A stretch of 60,309 nucleotides of DNA, filler included. It is 5 parts of 5 records of this genome, joined end to end, with 100 filler letters (N's around TTAATTAATTAA, not from the genome) between each part and the next. Parts side by side here need not be neighbours in the genome. Positions count along the whole stretch, not along the records: positions 1 to 25,245 come from SRR31156797_26367; positions 25,346 to 35,953 come from SRR31156797_26368; 3 more parts are not named here. One strand, written 5' to 3'. This document shows, piece by piece, positions 18,519 to 28,680 of this stretch (its first letter is position 1; each line of letters begins with the position of its first letter). The notes beneath the pieces were generated by a model that was given only the letters and a program-made list of their open reading frames with translations, ran no database searches and was not told the origin of the DNA. Both the position numbers and the translations under genes were made by a program.

Positions 18519-19382
18519 ATGATTAATCCCACCTATGCAAGACCCGAAACCCTGGATGAAGCCCTCCTTTTTCTCAAAAGTCATGCCCCTGACACGCGGC
18601 CACTGGCAGGGGGAACCGACGTAATGGTGGATCTAAGGTCCGGCAAACTGCAAACGCCATATTTGCTGGATATCTCCCGACTTTCGGAACTTCAGGGGAT
18701 CGCCGTATCGGAAGAAGGCCTTTCCATCGGCGCCGGCGTCACCATCAGCGAAATTTATTCATCCCCTCTGGTATGGGAACATGCCCCTTCACTGATCAAA
18801 TCGTGCACCTCTTTCGGCAGCCTTCAGATTCGAAACGTGGCCACCATCGGCGGCAATGTGGGCAACGCCTCCCCTTCGGCGGACACTGCGCCTTCTTTGC
18901 TGGTGCACGGAACCAAAGCCGTACTGGCGGGTGTAAAGGGAGAGCGGATTGTTTTGTTGGAGGACCTTTTTGAGGGGCCCTACCGAAGCGGCGTAAAACC
19001 TGATGAATTGATACTGCGCTTTATTTTGACACCCGCCCAAGGCCGTTTCAGCGATTTTCAGAAAATCGGAAGACGCAAGGCATTGGCCATTTCGCGCATG
19101 AGCATGGCCATACTTATGGAGCAAGCCGGGGATGAAACCTTCCGGTTCATCCGGCTGGCACTGGGCTCCGCCACACCCACCCCCATGCGGATGAGGGCGG
19201 TGGAGTCTTTTCTCGTGGAGAAGCGCCCGGACCGCCAAACACTTGAGACGGGAGCTCGACTCATGGCGGAGGAAATGATCCGCATCACCGGCAGAAGGCC
19301 TTCCACGGTCTACAAGGAAAAGGCGGTTCAGGGACTGTTCCTGCGGATGTTTTACCCCCTGTTGGAAAAGGGTGCCGTATGA
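18519..19382 (+). CDS. Mo-hydroxylase FAD subunit (NdhF-like)
   Basis: LAGGTD, QIRNVATIGGN..NASPSAD, KIGRRKALAIS. Confidence 0.92.
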   Translation: MINPTYARPETLDEALLFLKSHAPDTRPLAGGTDVMVDLRSGKLQTPYLLDISRLSELQGIAVSEEGLSIGAGVTISEIYSSPLVWEHAPSLIKSCTSFGSLQIRNVATIGGNVGNASPSADTAPSLLVHGTKAVLAGVKGERIVLLEDLFEGPYRSGVKPDELILRFILTPAQGRFSDFQKIGRRKALAISRMSMAILMEQAGDETFRFIRLALGSATPTPMRMRAVESFLVEKRPDRQTLETGARLMAEEMIRITGRRPSTVYKEKAVQGLFLRMFYPLLEKGAV

Positions 19383-21658
19383 AAACCAACGATACAATCG
19401 GAAAAAGTATTCCAAGGATCGGCGCCATTGAGCGGTTGTTGGGAAAACCCTTGTTCAGCGCGGACACGGAGATGGATCATCCCCTGGTATTGAAAGTGCT
19501 GTCCAGTGACCGGGATCACGCGCGCATCGTGAAGGTGGATACAACCGATGCGGTCCGGGTGGCGGGGGTTGTGAGGATTTTTACGGCTCAAGACATTCCG
19601 GGGGAAAACATCACCGGCATCATCAACAAGGACCGGCCCCTGCTGGCGGAAAACAAGGTACGCTCCAAGGGAGACCCGGTGGCCCTTGTGGCCGCGGAAA
19701 ACAGCCAAGCGGCGGAAGAAGCCGCCGGCACAATTCGCGTCACTTACGAAGACCTTCCATCACTCCATAACCCGGAAGAGGCCCTTAAACCGGATGCACC
19801 AAAGGTTCACGAAAAGGGGAACCTGCTCTTTACCCGGAAAATCAAAAAGGGCGATCCCGAAAGCGCCTTTGAACAATGTGCGGTGGTGGTGGAAAAAACC
19901 TATGAGACCTCCTTTTTGGAACATACCTACCTGGAACCGGACGCCGGTGCCGGGTACGTGGCACCGGACGGGCAACTGGTGATTATGGCATCCACCCAGA
20001 ACCCCCATTACGATCACAGTGAGGTGGTTTCCCTGCTGGGGGTACCGGAAGAGCGGGTCCGGATTATTCAGGCCGCCACGGGCGGGGGGTTCGGAAGCAA
20101 GCTGGACCTTAATGTCCAGGGGTTCATCGGCCTGGCCCTCTATCATCTCAAAAGACCGGTGGTCTATGTGTTCACCCGGGAAGAGGCGTACCGCATGACC
20201 GCCAAACGTCATCCCCTCAAGATGACCCTTAAAACCGGGGCGGACAAAAACGGCCGCCTCAAGGCCATGACCGCCCGCATGATCTGCGACACGGGGGCCT
20301 ACGGCTCCTACGGCCTGGCCGTGGCGTCCCGGGCCCCGGTCCATGCCACCGGTCCCTATGAAATGGATCATGTGGATGTGGAAGCCCTGTGCGTTTACAC
20401 CAACAACCCCTTCGCTGGCGCCATGAGGGGGTTCGGCGTCCCCCAGGCGGCATTTGCCCATGAGTCCCAGATGGATCTTCTGGCCAAAGCCCTTCATATG
20501 GACCCCCTTGAAATCAGGAAGCGAAACGCCCTGAAACCCGGATCCCGAACCGCCACCCGGCAGCTATTGCGGGAAAGTGTGGGGATTCAAGATTGCCTTC
20601 AAGCGGTTGCGCCCCATTATGAAAAGGCATTGAAGGACTGGATTCCCCGTGAATCCGATCCTTCCAAAAAAAGGGGCGTGGGCGTGGGCGCCATGTGGTA
20701 CGGCATCGGGAATACGGGGGTCCAGAACCCATCCACGGCCCACATGGAGATGGATCCGGAAGGCGGTCTGACACTTTTCACCGGATGTGCGGATATCGGC
20801 CAGGGGTCCACCACGGCGCTAACCCAGATTGCGGCCCAGGTGCTGGGGGTTTCCCCCGAAGGCATCAAAACGGTTGTGGGGGATACGGCTTACACCTCCA
20901 ATGCGGGGGCCACCTCCGCCAGCCGTCAGACCTATATTTCGGGAAACGCAGTGAGGGATGCGGCGGAAAAGCTGGCGGAAGTGCTGTTGACCCAAGGGGT
21001 GGATCTGCTGAAACGGCCCAAGACGGACCTTTTCCTTTCAGGGGGACATGTGGTGGATGTCAAAGACCCGAACCACAGGGTTTCCTTCTCAAAAATTGCG
21101 GCCAGGGCCGTAAAACGGGGAATCCCCCTCCGGTGGCAGGGATATTTCGATCCGCCCACCGTTCCCCTGGACCCGGAAACCGGCAAAGGCGCTCCCTATG
21201 CGGCCTACGCCTATGCATGCCACGTGGCCCTGGTGACGGTGGATGTTCTCACCGGGGAGGTGGTCGTCAATAAAGTCATCGCGGCCCATGACGTGGGTCG
21301 CGCCATTCACCCGGGGTCGGTGGCGGGTCAGATTTGCGGCGGGGTGGCCATGGGGGTGGGGTTCGCCGTCATGGAAGAATTCGATCCTTCAACCACCGAA
21401 TCCATGAAAGATTATCACATTCCCACCTGCAGCGACATGCCCGAAATTGTTCCCATCATCGTGGAATCCCCCGAACCCACCGGACCTTTCGGCGCCAAGG
21501 GTGTGGGGGAGCCGGCGCTCATCCCCACGGCCCCGGCCATCATCAACGGCATCACAAATGCCATTGGCAAACGCATCTATCACCTACCCGCCAACCTGGA
21601 ACGGGTTCTTGAGGCAAGTATTCAATCCGGGAAATTCAGTTTGAAGGAGGTAGCCTAA
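19379..21658 (+). CDS. Mo-hydroxylase molybdopterin subunit, probable nicotinate dehydrogenase
   Basis: GGGFGSK, AMRGFGVPQ, DIGQGS, GATSASRQ, GAKGVGE. Family is secure; substrate is inferred from context. Confidence 0.88.
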   Translation: MKTNDTIGKSIPRIGAIERLLGKPLFSADTEMDHPLVLKVLSSDRDHARIVKVDTTDAVRVAGVVRIFTAQDIPGENITGIINKDRPLLAENKVRSKGDPVALVAAENSQAAEEAAGTIRVTYEDLPSLHNPEEALKPDAPKVHEKGNLLFTRKIKKGDPESAFEQCAVVVEKTYETSFLEHTYLEPDAGAGYVAPDGQLVIMASTQNPHYDHSEVVSLLGVPEERVRIIQAATGGGFGSKLDLNVQGFIGLALYHLKRPVVYVFTREEAYRMTAKRHPLKMTLKTGADKNGRLKAMTARMICDTGAYGSYGLAVASRAPVHATGPYEMDHVDVEALCVYTNNPFAGAMRGFGVPQAAFAHESQMDLLAKALHMDPLEIRKRNALKPGSRTATRQLLRESVGIQDCLQAVAPHYEKALKDWIPRESDPSKKRGVGVGAMWYGIGNTGVQNPSTAHMEMDPEGGLTLFTGCADIGQGSTTALTQIAAQVLGVSPEGIKTVVGDTAYTSNAGATSASRQTYISGNAVRDAAEKLAEVLLTQGVDLLKRPKTDLFLSGGHVVDVKDPNHRVSFSKIAARAVKRGIPLRWQGYFDPPTVPLDPETGKGAPYAAYAYACHVALVTVDVLTGEVVVNKVIAAHDVGRAIHPGSVAGQICGGVAMGVGFAVMEEFDPSTTESMKDYHIPTCSDMPEIVPIIVESPEPTGPFGAKGVGEPALIPTAPAIINGITNAIGKRIYHLPANLERVLEASIQSGKFSLKEVA

Positions 21659-22815
21659 TGGCCAGTGTTGTACTGAAGAATATTCAAACCATTGTCAGCG
21701 GAAACATTCAAAACCCCATCATGGAGGGCGACACCATACAGGTGGAGGACGGTCTCATCAAGGAGATCGGTACATTTGAGAACATGAAAATTGATCCGGA
21801 CGCCGAGGTGATCGACTGCGACCAAATGACGGTGACGCCCGGCCTCATGGATTCCCACTGTCATGTGGTGCTGGGGGACTATGCCCCCCGCCAGAAACAG
21901 ATCGGATTTATGGACAGTGAAGTGCACGGGGGTGTCACCACCTTTATTTCAGCGGGGGAAGTGCATCTGGCGGGAAGACCCAAGGATCCCGCAGGCACCA
22001 AGGCCCTGGCCATTCTGGCGGCCAAATCCTTTTATAACTTCCGCCCCGGCGGCGCCAAGGTGATCGGCGGTGCCCTGATCCTCGAAAAGGGTCTGACCCG
22101 GGAAGATTTTGAAGAGATGGCCCGGGAAGGGGTCCGGGTGGTGGGGGAAATCGGGCTGGGGAGCGTCAAGGAACCGGCCGATGCGGCCCCCATGGTGAAA
22201 TGGGCCAAGGAGCTGGGCATGACCGTCATGATGCACACGGGGGGCACCTCCATTCCGGGGAGCAGCACGGTCACGGCGGAGCAGGTCATACAGACGGACC
22301 CCCACATTGCGTCGCACATCAACGGCGGTCCCACGGCGGTGGCCCTGGATGAAGTGAAACGGTTGGTGAACGAAACGGAGCTGACCCTGGAGATCGTACA
22401 CTGCGGCAACCCGAAAATGGCCGTGGATGCCGTCAACCTCTGTGTGGAAGCGGGTGCCCTGGATCGGGTCATTATCGGAAACGACGCCCCTTCGGGAACC
22501 GGCGTCATCCCCTTGGGCATCCTTCGGGTCATTAACCATCTGGCCGGCCTGACCAAGGTTAAACCGGAAGAAGCCATCTGCATGGCCACGGGGAACACGG
22601 CCAAGCTTTACAAGCTGAACCGGGGTATCATTGCGGCGGGCATGGAGGCGGATCTTGTGATCATGGATGCCCCCATGGGATCCGTTGGAGACGATGCCTT
22701 AAGCGCAATCGAGGCGGGAGATGTGCCGGGGATTGCCATGGTGCTGGTGGACGGAGCGGTTGTGGTGGGCAAAAGCCGGAATACGCCGCCCACCAAGAGG
22801 ACCCCTAAAATATGA
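21658..22815 (+). CDS. ena: Enamidase (amidohydrolase superfamily)
   Basis: Closely follows Eubacterium barkeri enamidase as I recall it: GDYAPRQK, GRPKDxAGTKALAI, MHTGGTSIPGSSTVTA, SHINGGPTA, GNDAPSGTG, KSRNTPP. Confidence 0.92.
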   Translation: MASVVLKNIQTIVSGNIQNPIMEGDTIQVEDGLIKEIGTFENMKIDPDAEVIDCDQMTVTPGLMDSHCHVVLGDYAPRQKQIGFMDSEVHGGVTTFISAGEVHLAGRPKDPAGTKALAILAAKSFYNFRPGGAKVIGGALILEKGLTREDFEEMAREGVRVVGEIGLGSVKEPADAAPMVKWAKELGMTVMMHTGGTSIPGSSTVTAEQVIQTDPHIASHINGGPTAVALDEVKRLVNETELTLEIVHCGNPKMAVDAVNLCVEAGALDRVIIGNDAPSGTGVIPLGILRVINHLAGLTKVKPEEAICMATGNTAKLYKLNRGIIAAGMEADLVIMDAPMGSVGDDALSAIEAGDVPGIAMVLVDGAVVVGKSRNTPPTKRTPKI

Positions 22816-24332
22816 AGGTCGATGTTGAAAAATGTACCGGCTGCGGGTTCTGCGTGCGGGATTGTCCCCTTGAAGCCGTATGGCTGGTGAAAAAAAAGGC
22901 GGTGATCCGGGACCATTGCACCCAGTGCGGGGCCTGCCTGAAGGTATGCGAGCATGATGCCCTTTCACGGGATTCCGTCCCGGCCCCGGGGGCCGTCACA
23001 TGCGATGCCTGTCCCATTTTCTGCCAGGTGAAAGAAGGGGACATGGGCGCCTGCCACCGATTTGAAAATACGGCGGGAAAGCTGGTTCGAATGACCCCCC
23101 TTCACACATTTCAAGATGTGGCCGGAAAGGTGGGGGAAGACCCGTCAACCGCCATTTCAAAGCCGTTGATCACCGCCATCGGTTCCGGCACCACCTATCC
23201 CGACTGCAAGCCGGCCCCTGCCATTGTGGGCGGTGTGCAGGAGGACGTGGACGTGGTGACCGTTGTGACCGAAGCCCCTTTGAGTTACAGCAGCCTTCTG
23301 GTGAAGATCGATACGGATGTACAGGTGGGGGAAGAAGGGGCCGATGTTCTGTCGGGAAAACGCAAAGTGGGGATGGTGACCACCGAGCAGTACGGTTCCA
23401 AGATGCTTTCCATCGGCGGTGTCAACCTGCTCACGGGAAAAGACGGGTTCGCGGCGGCCAGGATCATCACGGATATGGCCAACGGAAAGAAGGTCCGGCT
23501 GAAGGTGAAAGGCGGTAGCAAACTGGCACTTCAAGTGGGGCAACCTCCTATCATCAACAACGAGAGCCCCCTTAACATGCGGGTGGGATGCGGCAGCGCC
23601 ACATTGGGCCTTTTTGCGCCCCTCTTAAAGGCGGCGGCCGATGAAGTGATCATTCTGGATTCCCACATCACGAGCCTCATGAGCGAGCATGCGGCGGGCC
23701 GGTTCGTGGGGGCCCAACCTTCGGGGGTGATACTAAGGTTTCCCATGAGCACCCCGGGCCGCTATTTCGGGGACCATGGAACGGGATGGGGGGGCACCTC
23801 CATTGAAGACCCGGTGCAGATCATTGAAGGGATAGACGAAAAGACGGCTTACCCCGGATTGCGCGTTCTCATCACCGAGACCACGGGAAACAACGGCCGC
23901 CTCTTTGAACTGGATCGGGAAGGTGCATTCAGGGAGATCCCCCTGACCGGGGCCTGCAAAAAGGCCCTAGCCGCCATCTCTTCCAGCTGTGAACCTTCCA
24001 GGGTTTCCGCCGTCTACATGGGCGGCGCCGGCGGCAGCGCCCGGGCCGGTGTAACCCGTTACCCCATCAAACTCACACAAGCCGTACACCATGCAAAAGC
24101 GTCACTCACCGTGGGAGGTGCGCCCGCCTATGTGCTGCCCGGCGGCGGGATTAATTTCATGGTGGACGTGGAGAGGGTAAAACAGGGCGCTTTTTACTGG
24201 ACCCCTACGCCTGCCACCATCTGTCCCATTGAATACACCATGACCCTTTCGGACTATGGGGAGATGGGGGGGCATGTGGAGGCCATGAAACCCTTCCGGG
24301 CGGGGGATTTTCCCTTGTCCTTGCCGGACTAG
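22812..24332 (+). CDS. hnr: 6-hydroxynicotinate reductase with N-terminal 2x[4Fe-4S] ferredoxin domain
   Basis: CTGCGFCVRDCP and CTQCGACLKVC, then CDACPIFC..GACHRF, GSGTTYPD, TEQYGSKMLSIGGV, MRVGCGSAT, PGGGINFMVDV. Overlaps ena by ATGA. Confidence 0.88.
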   Translation: MKVDVEKCTGCGFCVRDCPLEAVWLVKKKAVIRDHCTQCGACLKVCEHDALSRDSVPAPGAVTCDACPIFCQVKEGDMGACHRFENTAGKLVRMTPLHTFQDVAGKVGEDPSTAISKPLITAIGSGTTYPDCKPAPAIVGGVQEDVDVVTVVTEAPLSYSSLLVKIDTDVQVGEEGADVLSGKRKVGMVTTEQYGSKMLSIGGVNLLTGKDGFAAARIITDMANGKKVRLKVKGGSKLALQVGQPPIINNESPLNMRVGCGSATLGLFAPLLKAAADEVIILDSHITSLMSEHAAGRFVGAQPSGVILRFPMSTPGRYFGDHGTGWGGTSIEDPVQIIEGIDEKTAYPGLRVLITETTGNNGRLFELDREGAFREIPLTGACKKALAAISSSCEPSRVSAVYMGGAGGSARAGVTRYPIKLTQAVHHAKASLTVGGAPAYVLPGGGINFMVDVERVKQGAFYWTPTPATICPIEYTMTLSDYGEMGGHVEAMKPFRAGDFPLSLPD

Positions 24333-24336
24333 CACC

Positions 24337-25212
24337 GTGTTCGCGGACCGGACCGTTCATGCCCTGGAAGGGGGGTCGGTCATGGCCCAATGGGGTCCCA
24401 TGCGGCTTTTCATCTCCTCCTTTGTGGGTAAGGTTTCCCAGCGGGAGATGAACCTGCTGGGAGCGGAGAAAGCCTTTGATTGCCTGGAGCGGGTGGCGCG
24501 GTTGAAGGAAAAACTTCGAAAAAAACCATTGAAAAATGAACCGCTGCAACTTGAGGAACCGCTGGGCGCCAAGATGCTGGAAAATGTTCGGTCCGTGGAA
24601 GATCCGGACCTGACCCCCATGGCCGCCGTGGCGGGAACCATTGCCGACGGGGTTGCGGATTTCCTCTTTTCCCGGGGGATGACCAAGGTCATCATCAATA
24701 ACGGCGGAGATATTGCCATACGCCTCACGGCGCCCAATTCCGTTCGGGTGGGCCTCAGGGAAGATGTCAATAGGGAGGCCTTCTCCCGTATGCTCTCTTT
24801 GAACGTCCCATGCGGGATGGAAGGCGCCTCCTTCGGCGTGGCCACCAGCGGTCTCGGGGGCCGAAGCCTTACCTGCGGCATCGCTTCGGCCGCGACCATA
24901 GTTGCTACAACCGCGTCATTGGCCGATGCCGCCGCCACGGCGGTGGCCAACGCCAGCTTCGTGGATTATCCCGGTGCGGTTCGCCGGCCGGCGGAAACCG
25001 TGGATCCGCAAACGGACATCCCCGGCATCCCCGTAATTGTTCAGGTGAAGAATTTGGATCACAACATCCGAAGGAAAGCCATTTCACAATCCCTTGCCCT
25101 GGCCGAAGATCTGGTGAAACGCGGCGCCGTTCTGGGTGCCATGGTGGCCGTGGGTGGAGAAACCGGCATGACCTCTTTTTTTGAAAACCATACCCTAAAA
25201 AATAAGGAGTAG
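24337..25212 (+). CDS. UPF0280/ApbE-like protein, putative flavin transferase
   Basis: GPM, TPMAAVAGTIAD, NNGGDIA, GVATSGLGGRS, ADAAATAVAN. No signal peptide. Confidence 0.85.
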   Translation: MFADRTVHALEGGSVMAQWGPMRLFISSFVGKVSQREMNLLGAEKAFDCLERVARLKEKLRKKPLKNEPLQLEEPLGAKMLENVRSVEDPDLTPMAAVAGTIADGVADFLFSRGMTKVIINNGGDIAIRLTAPNSVRVGLREDVNREAFSRMLSLNVPCGMEGASFGVATSGLGGRSLTCGIASAATIVATTASLADAAATAVANASFVDYPGAVRRPAETVDPQTDIPGIPVIVQVKNLDHNIRRKAISQSLALAEDLVKRGAVLGAMVAVGGETGMTSFFENHTLKNKE

Positions 25213-25218
25213 ATAAAC

Positions 25219-25245
25219 ATGGAAGTCAGAAAATATGTAACCATT
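25219..25245 (+). CDS. Start of next gene (MEVRKYVTI), possibly amino-acid-synthesis family (DUF1185), truncated by contig end
   Basis: RBS AGGAG at 25205-25209. Only 9 codons are visible, so the family is a guess from the N-terminus and context. Confidence 0.45.
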
Positions 25246-25345
25246 NNNNNNNNNNNNNNNNNNNNNNNNNNNNNNNNNNNNNNNNNNNNTTAATTAATTA
25301 ANNNNNNNNNNNNNNNNNNNNNNNNNNNNNNNNNNNNNNNNNNNN
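25246..25345. other. Artificial contig linker
   Basis: 44 N + TTAATTAATTAA (stops in all six frames) + 44 N. Base composition shifts sharply across it. Confidence 0.99.
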
Positions 25346-27270
25346 GTTTCATTTTCTTCAAATTCGCCTCTTACCTGTGCAAAATCAAGTTCACGTGCAC
25401 CGTTCTGACCATCAACCCCAAAACCGGTCATTTTTGTTAACGAGAATTCTTTTTGAGCATCTTCATACAAAAACCGATCGATTCCCAAAACACTATCTTT
25501 CCATTTTTCAACTACTTCAATTACATCTTCAGCATTAAAATTTTCAACCGATTTCCCGGTGAATTTTTCTAAAACATCCAAAGCCCAGGTCCATTCATAA
25601 TTATAATAATTTTTATGAAGAGCAGTTAGTGCAGAATTCACCTCTTCCAATGAATTTGTTTCACCCGCTTCTATTGAATTTAACAAGTTATCGAGTGCCT
25701 CAAACGGACAAATTAATCCGGAAAGATCGACCCAATTTCCTTTTCCGAGCGAAGTGTCAGCTTTTAACGTTTTTTGTATTTGCCGGTTATTTAAATAATT
25801 TTTTCCCTGTAATCGGGTAATTAATGAATTACCAAGAAATTTCCAGATGGCCATTTCATACAAAAGAATTCCCCGATCGAGTGCCTTTTTCTCAATAACC
25901 ATTTTTTGATAACTATAAACACTCGCCGACTCTCCTGACGTTTTACGGATAGCCAGTAAATTCTCCCGGCCATTTATCATTTTCTGAATGGTGTACGGGC
26001 TCAACAAATTAAAATTTATCAAATCGAGCAAATTGGAATCTTTTCGGTTATCGCGTTTGGGCCATTTTTGCGAATCACGAATTGTACCAATACTTTTCAG
26101 GTTAATTGCGGGTACAAGCACACTTTCGTCTTTACTTTCAATTAGGTAAGAAAAAGGGAAATCGGTTGTATCGCTGTGTTTATAATGCCGCCCCATAACC
26201 AGCGAAAATGCACCTATTCGCGAAGGCCACAGAATATATGAATCGCTCGTGGTTTTTGCTCCCCGCTCCATAATTCCCTGATGAATTGGCCCCAATTTAT
26301 ATAAATGATTACTTTGATTTGAACCACTGCCGGCATTCAAAAATGAATACATTCCTGCAATTAACAGTGTTGATTTATGGTGAGTTACCGTATATGGACC
26401 GGCAAAAATTGAACATGCTTCTCCGTGAAATCCCTGACAATTGGCAAAAAACAGCGAATTTACCGCCGAGTAATGCTTGTCGAGAATACACCCCTGCCCC
26501 ACAAAACATTTTGAAACAAGGGTTGCATCTGTAATTTTTGAGCCAGAACTGATTATAAAATCCTCCATAATAACTCCTTCTCCAATTTCAACGGGTGCTT
26601 CCATGTTACTGTTGATAGTTCCGTTTTTTAACTTTTTTGCCCCGTCGATTTGCGTGGCCGGCCCGATTTTAACATTCAGAATGGTATTACAATTTATAAT
26701 TCTGGAATGCATACCGATTACCCCAACATCACTTTTCACAAATTGTGTGTAATTTTTTACCATTTCCGTTAATGCTGAAACCAATTTGGGCCGGTGCCGG
26801 TAAAGTGCCATTACGTATGCCACATGAGTAGAAAGATGGTCGTAAATCGGAATTTCGCGACCTCCTCCTTCATTTATGGTTTCAACTGTTACACCATTTC
26901 CAAATGTAGATTCTCCTTCAACTGCAATGGTTGTAATATTATGAATTACAACTCCCTCACTAATTTTGTAATTTGCAATAAATCCGCGAACATTGTGAAT
27001 AAGTGCATTTTTTCCGACTTCACAGTTGTGAATCCACGAATTATAAATTCCGGTATGAAAAGTAATTCCTCCAAATAGCTGAAGCGACTGATTAAAACTA
27101 TTTAACCTTACATACCCGGTAAACTTGCTATTTTCAATGTAATCGGGAACAAAATCGTGTGATACTTTTACAAGACTCCAGTCGGTAGAAGTATTACCCT
27201 GGTGTACCAACTGACCTATTTCTTCATCGAACAACGATCGATAATTGCGATTTTCTGTGGTTTGAGACAT
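25346..27270 (-). CDS. DUF4954-family protein (beta-helix-like), 3'-truncated
   Basis: NEGGGREIPIYD, FHGEACSIFAGPYTVTHHKSTLLIAG, GSGSNQSNHLYKLGPIHQG. Confidence 0.85.
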
Positions 27271-27452
27271 GGTATTAATTTTCAAACTTCAAATATAAAA
27301 GAAAAGGATTATACAACCTCGCAAAAACCTAACAAATACAATTCAACCAATAATTCGAACCTATCAAAAATACTATAATCTATTATTTTTAAGACATTTA
27401 TAAGAAGAAAAAACACATCATAAATATAACAATATGGACAAAATACTTAACT

Positions 27453-28445
27453 TCAAATCTGGGTAAAATAATTCACCAGTCGCATTTCGCGTTGAATTTT
27501 TAATTTTTTACGTAATCGAACCCGGGCAATTTCAACACTTTTAGGTGTAACATTCTGAAGTCCGGCAATTTCTTTACTTGAAAGCCCCAGGCGTAGATAT
27601 GCACACAGCTTTTTTTCCTTTGGTGTTAAATTCGGGTGTTTTACCTGAAGCCGGCCTAAAAATCCGGGAAACAGATTTTCCAATTGCACAACAACCGATT
27701 CCCAATCGATTGGCGAAACCGGTATATTTTCAATATTCAACAGAAGTTCTTTCAATTTTTCCTGTATATTTTTTGAATTTCCCGATGCCAGCTTTTGCAG
27801 CTTTTTTGTAACCAAATTTATCAATTCATTTTTCTGGGAAAGCTGAAGTAAAAATGAAACCAGTTCTCGTTCTTTATTATCGAGTTTTGAAATTATCCTC
27901 GATTTCGCCCGGCTCTCAATTTCTTTTCTTTCGGCTAATTCATGAATATGCCCCATGGCTTTTTTTAACCGGGTAACATCGTGAATTGAAGCTCTAACTC
28001 CGAGGTAACGTCCCTGCTTATTGTATACTCCGCGTACATTAATTGAAAACCACCGCAGTTGTTTATGGCGCGTAAGAATCCTGAATTCCAGCGACTTATT
28101 CATCAATAACTGATTCAGAGCCTCTTTTAAGAATACTTCAAATTTTTCACGATCGGATTCATAAACCAAAAGTTCTGAAATACTGTTGGAAGCAATTACC
28201 TGGTTTGAAGTAAATCCTGTTAAATCGAAACACGAAGGAGAACAATATTTTATTTTTCCCTCGGGCTCTAACCACAACTCCCACCCGAATGTAAATTCAG
28301 CTACCATCTGATAAAATAGTCGCTGACTTTGTTCCTCTTCCAGTAAAGTTTTGAGATCTTCCATCTCAAATTTCATTTCCGAAAGTTTACCTTCTAACCG
28401 TTTTACTTTTTCTGTACTATCTTTATTATTTTTCTGCTTAACCAT
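27453..28445 (-). CDS. PAS-domain LuxR-family transcriptional regulator
   Basis: PAS (YCSPSCFDLTGF, LEFRILT..LRW) and C-terminal HTH (LTPKEKKLCAYLRLGLSSKEIA...VEIARVRLRKKL). Confidence 0.9.
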   Translation of the reverse strand: MVKQKNNKDSTEKVKRLEGKLSEMKFEMEDLKTLLEEEQSQRLFYQMVAEFTFGWELWLEPEGKIKYCSPSCFDLTGFTSNQVIASNSISELLVYESDREKFEVFLKEALNQLLMNKSLEFRILTRHKQLRWFSINVRGVYNKQGRYLGVRASIHDVTRLKKAMGHIHELAERKEIESRAKSRIISKLDNKERELVSFLLQLSQKNELINLVTKKLQKLASGNSKNIQEKLKELLLNIENIPVSPIDWESVVVQLENLFPGFLGRLQVKHPNLTPKEKKLCAYLRLGLSSKEIAGLQNVTPKSVEIARVRLRKKLKIQREMRLVNYFTQI

Positions 28446-28534
28446 TAAATTACTTGCAATATATTTCTAAAAGTAATACCTGAAAACAGTAAAAACAAAC
28501 ATATCTGAAGTATCTCAATTTTTCAGTTTCAAAA

Positions 28535-28649
28535 ATTACATTTTTGTAATATTGGCGATTAATTTCATACAAAAATGAAAGTAAAACCCTTCCTGTTTTC
28601 CATAAACTACTGACATACAAGAATATATTTTTATGGCATTTGATTTGTT
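28535..28649 (+). promoter_or_regulatory. Candidate sigma54 promoter with upstream palindromic activator sites
   Basis: TGGCATTTGATTTGTT (28634-28649) has -24/-12 spacing but GT instead of GC. ATTACA-TTTT-TGTAAT at 28535-28550, and a weaker copy TACA-AAAA-TGAA 31 bp downstream. Confidence 0.5.
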
Positions 28650-28680
28650 TTGGTGGCAGCGCGATTCAAAATACAGGAAT

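Noticed and set aside
18027-24332. Selenocysteine readthrough in the Mo-hydroxylase or Hnr genes
   Set aside because: The ORFs are full length, and the TGA stops overlap the next ATG as ordinary coupling.
25290-25301. TTAATTAATTAA recurring four times as a biological repeat
   Set aside because: Always centred in 44+44 N; it is a six-frame-stop assembly spacer.
28633-28680. Upstream ATG extension of the NifX-like gene given by the ORF track
   Set aside because: It overlaps the sigma54-like element, and the family-like sequence begins at MKVLLP (28681).
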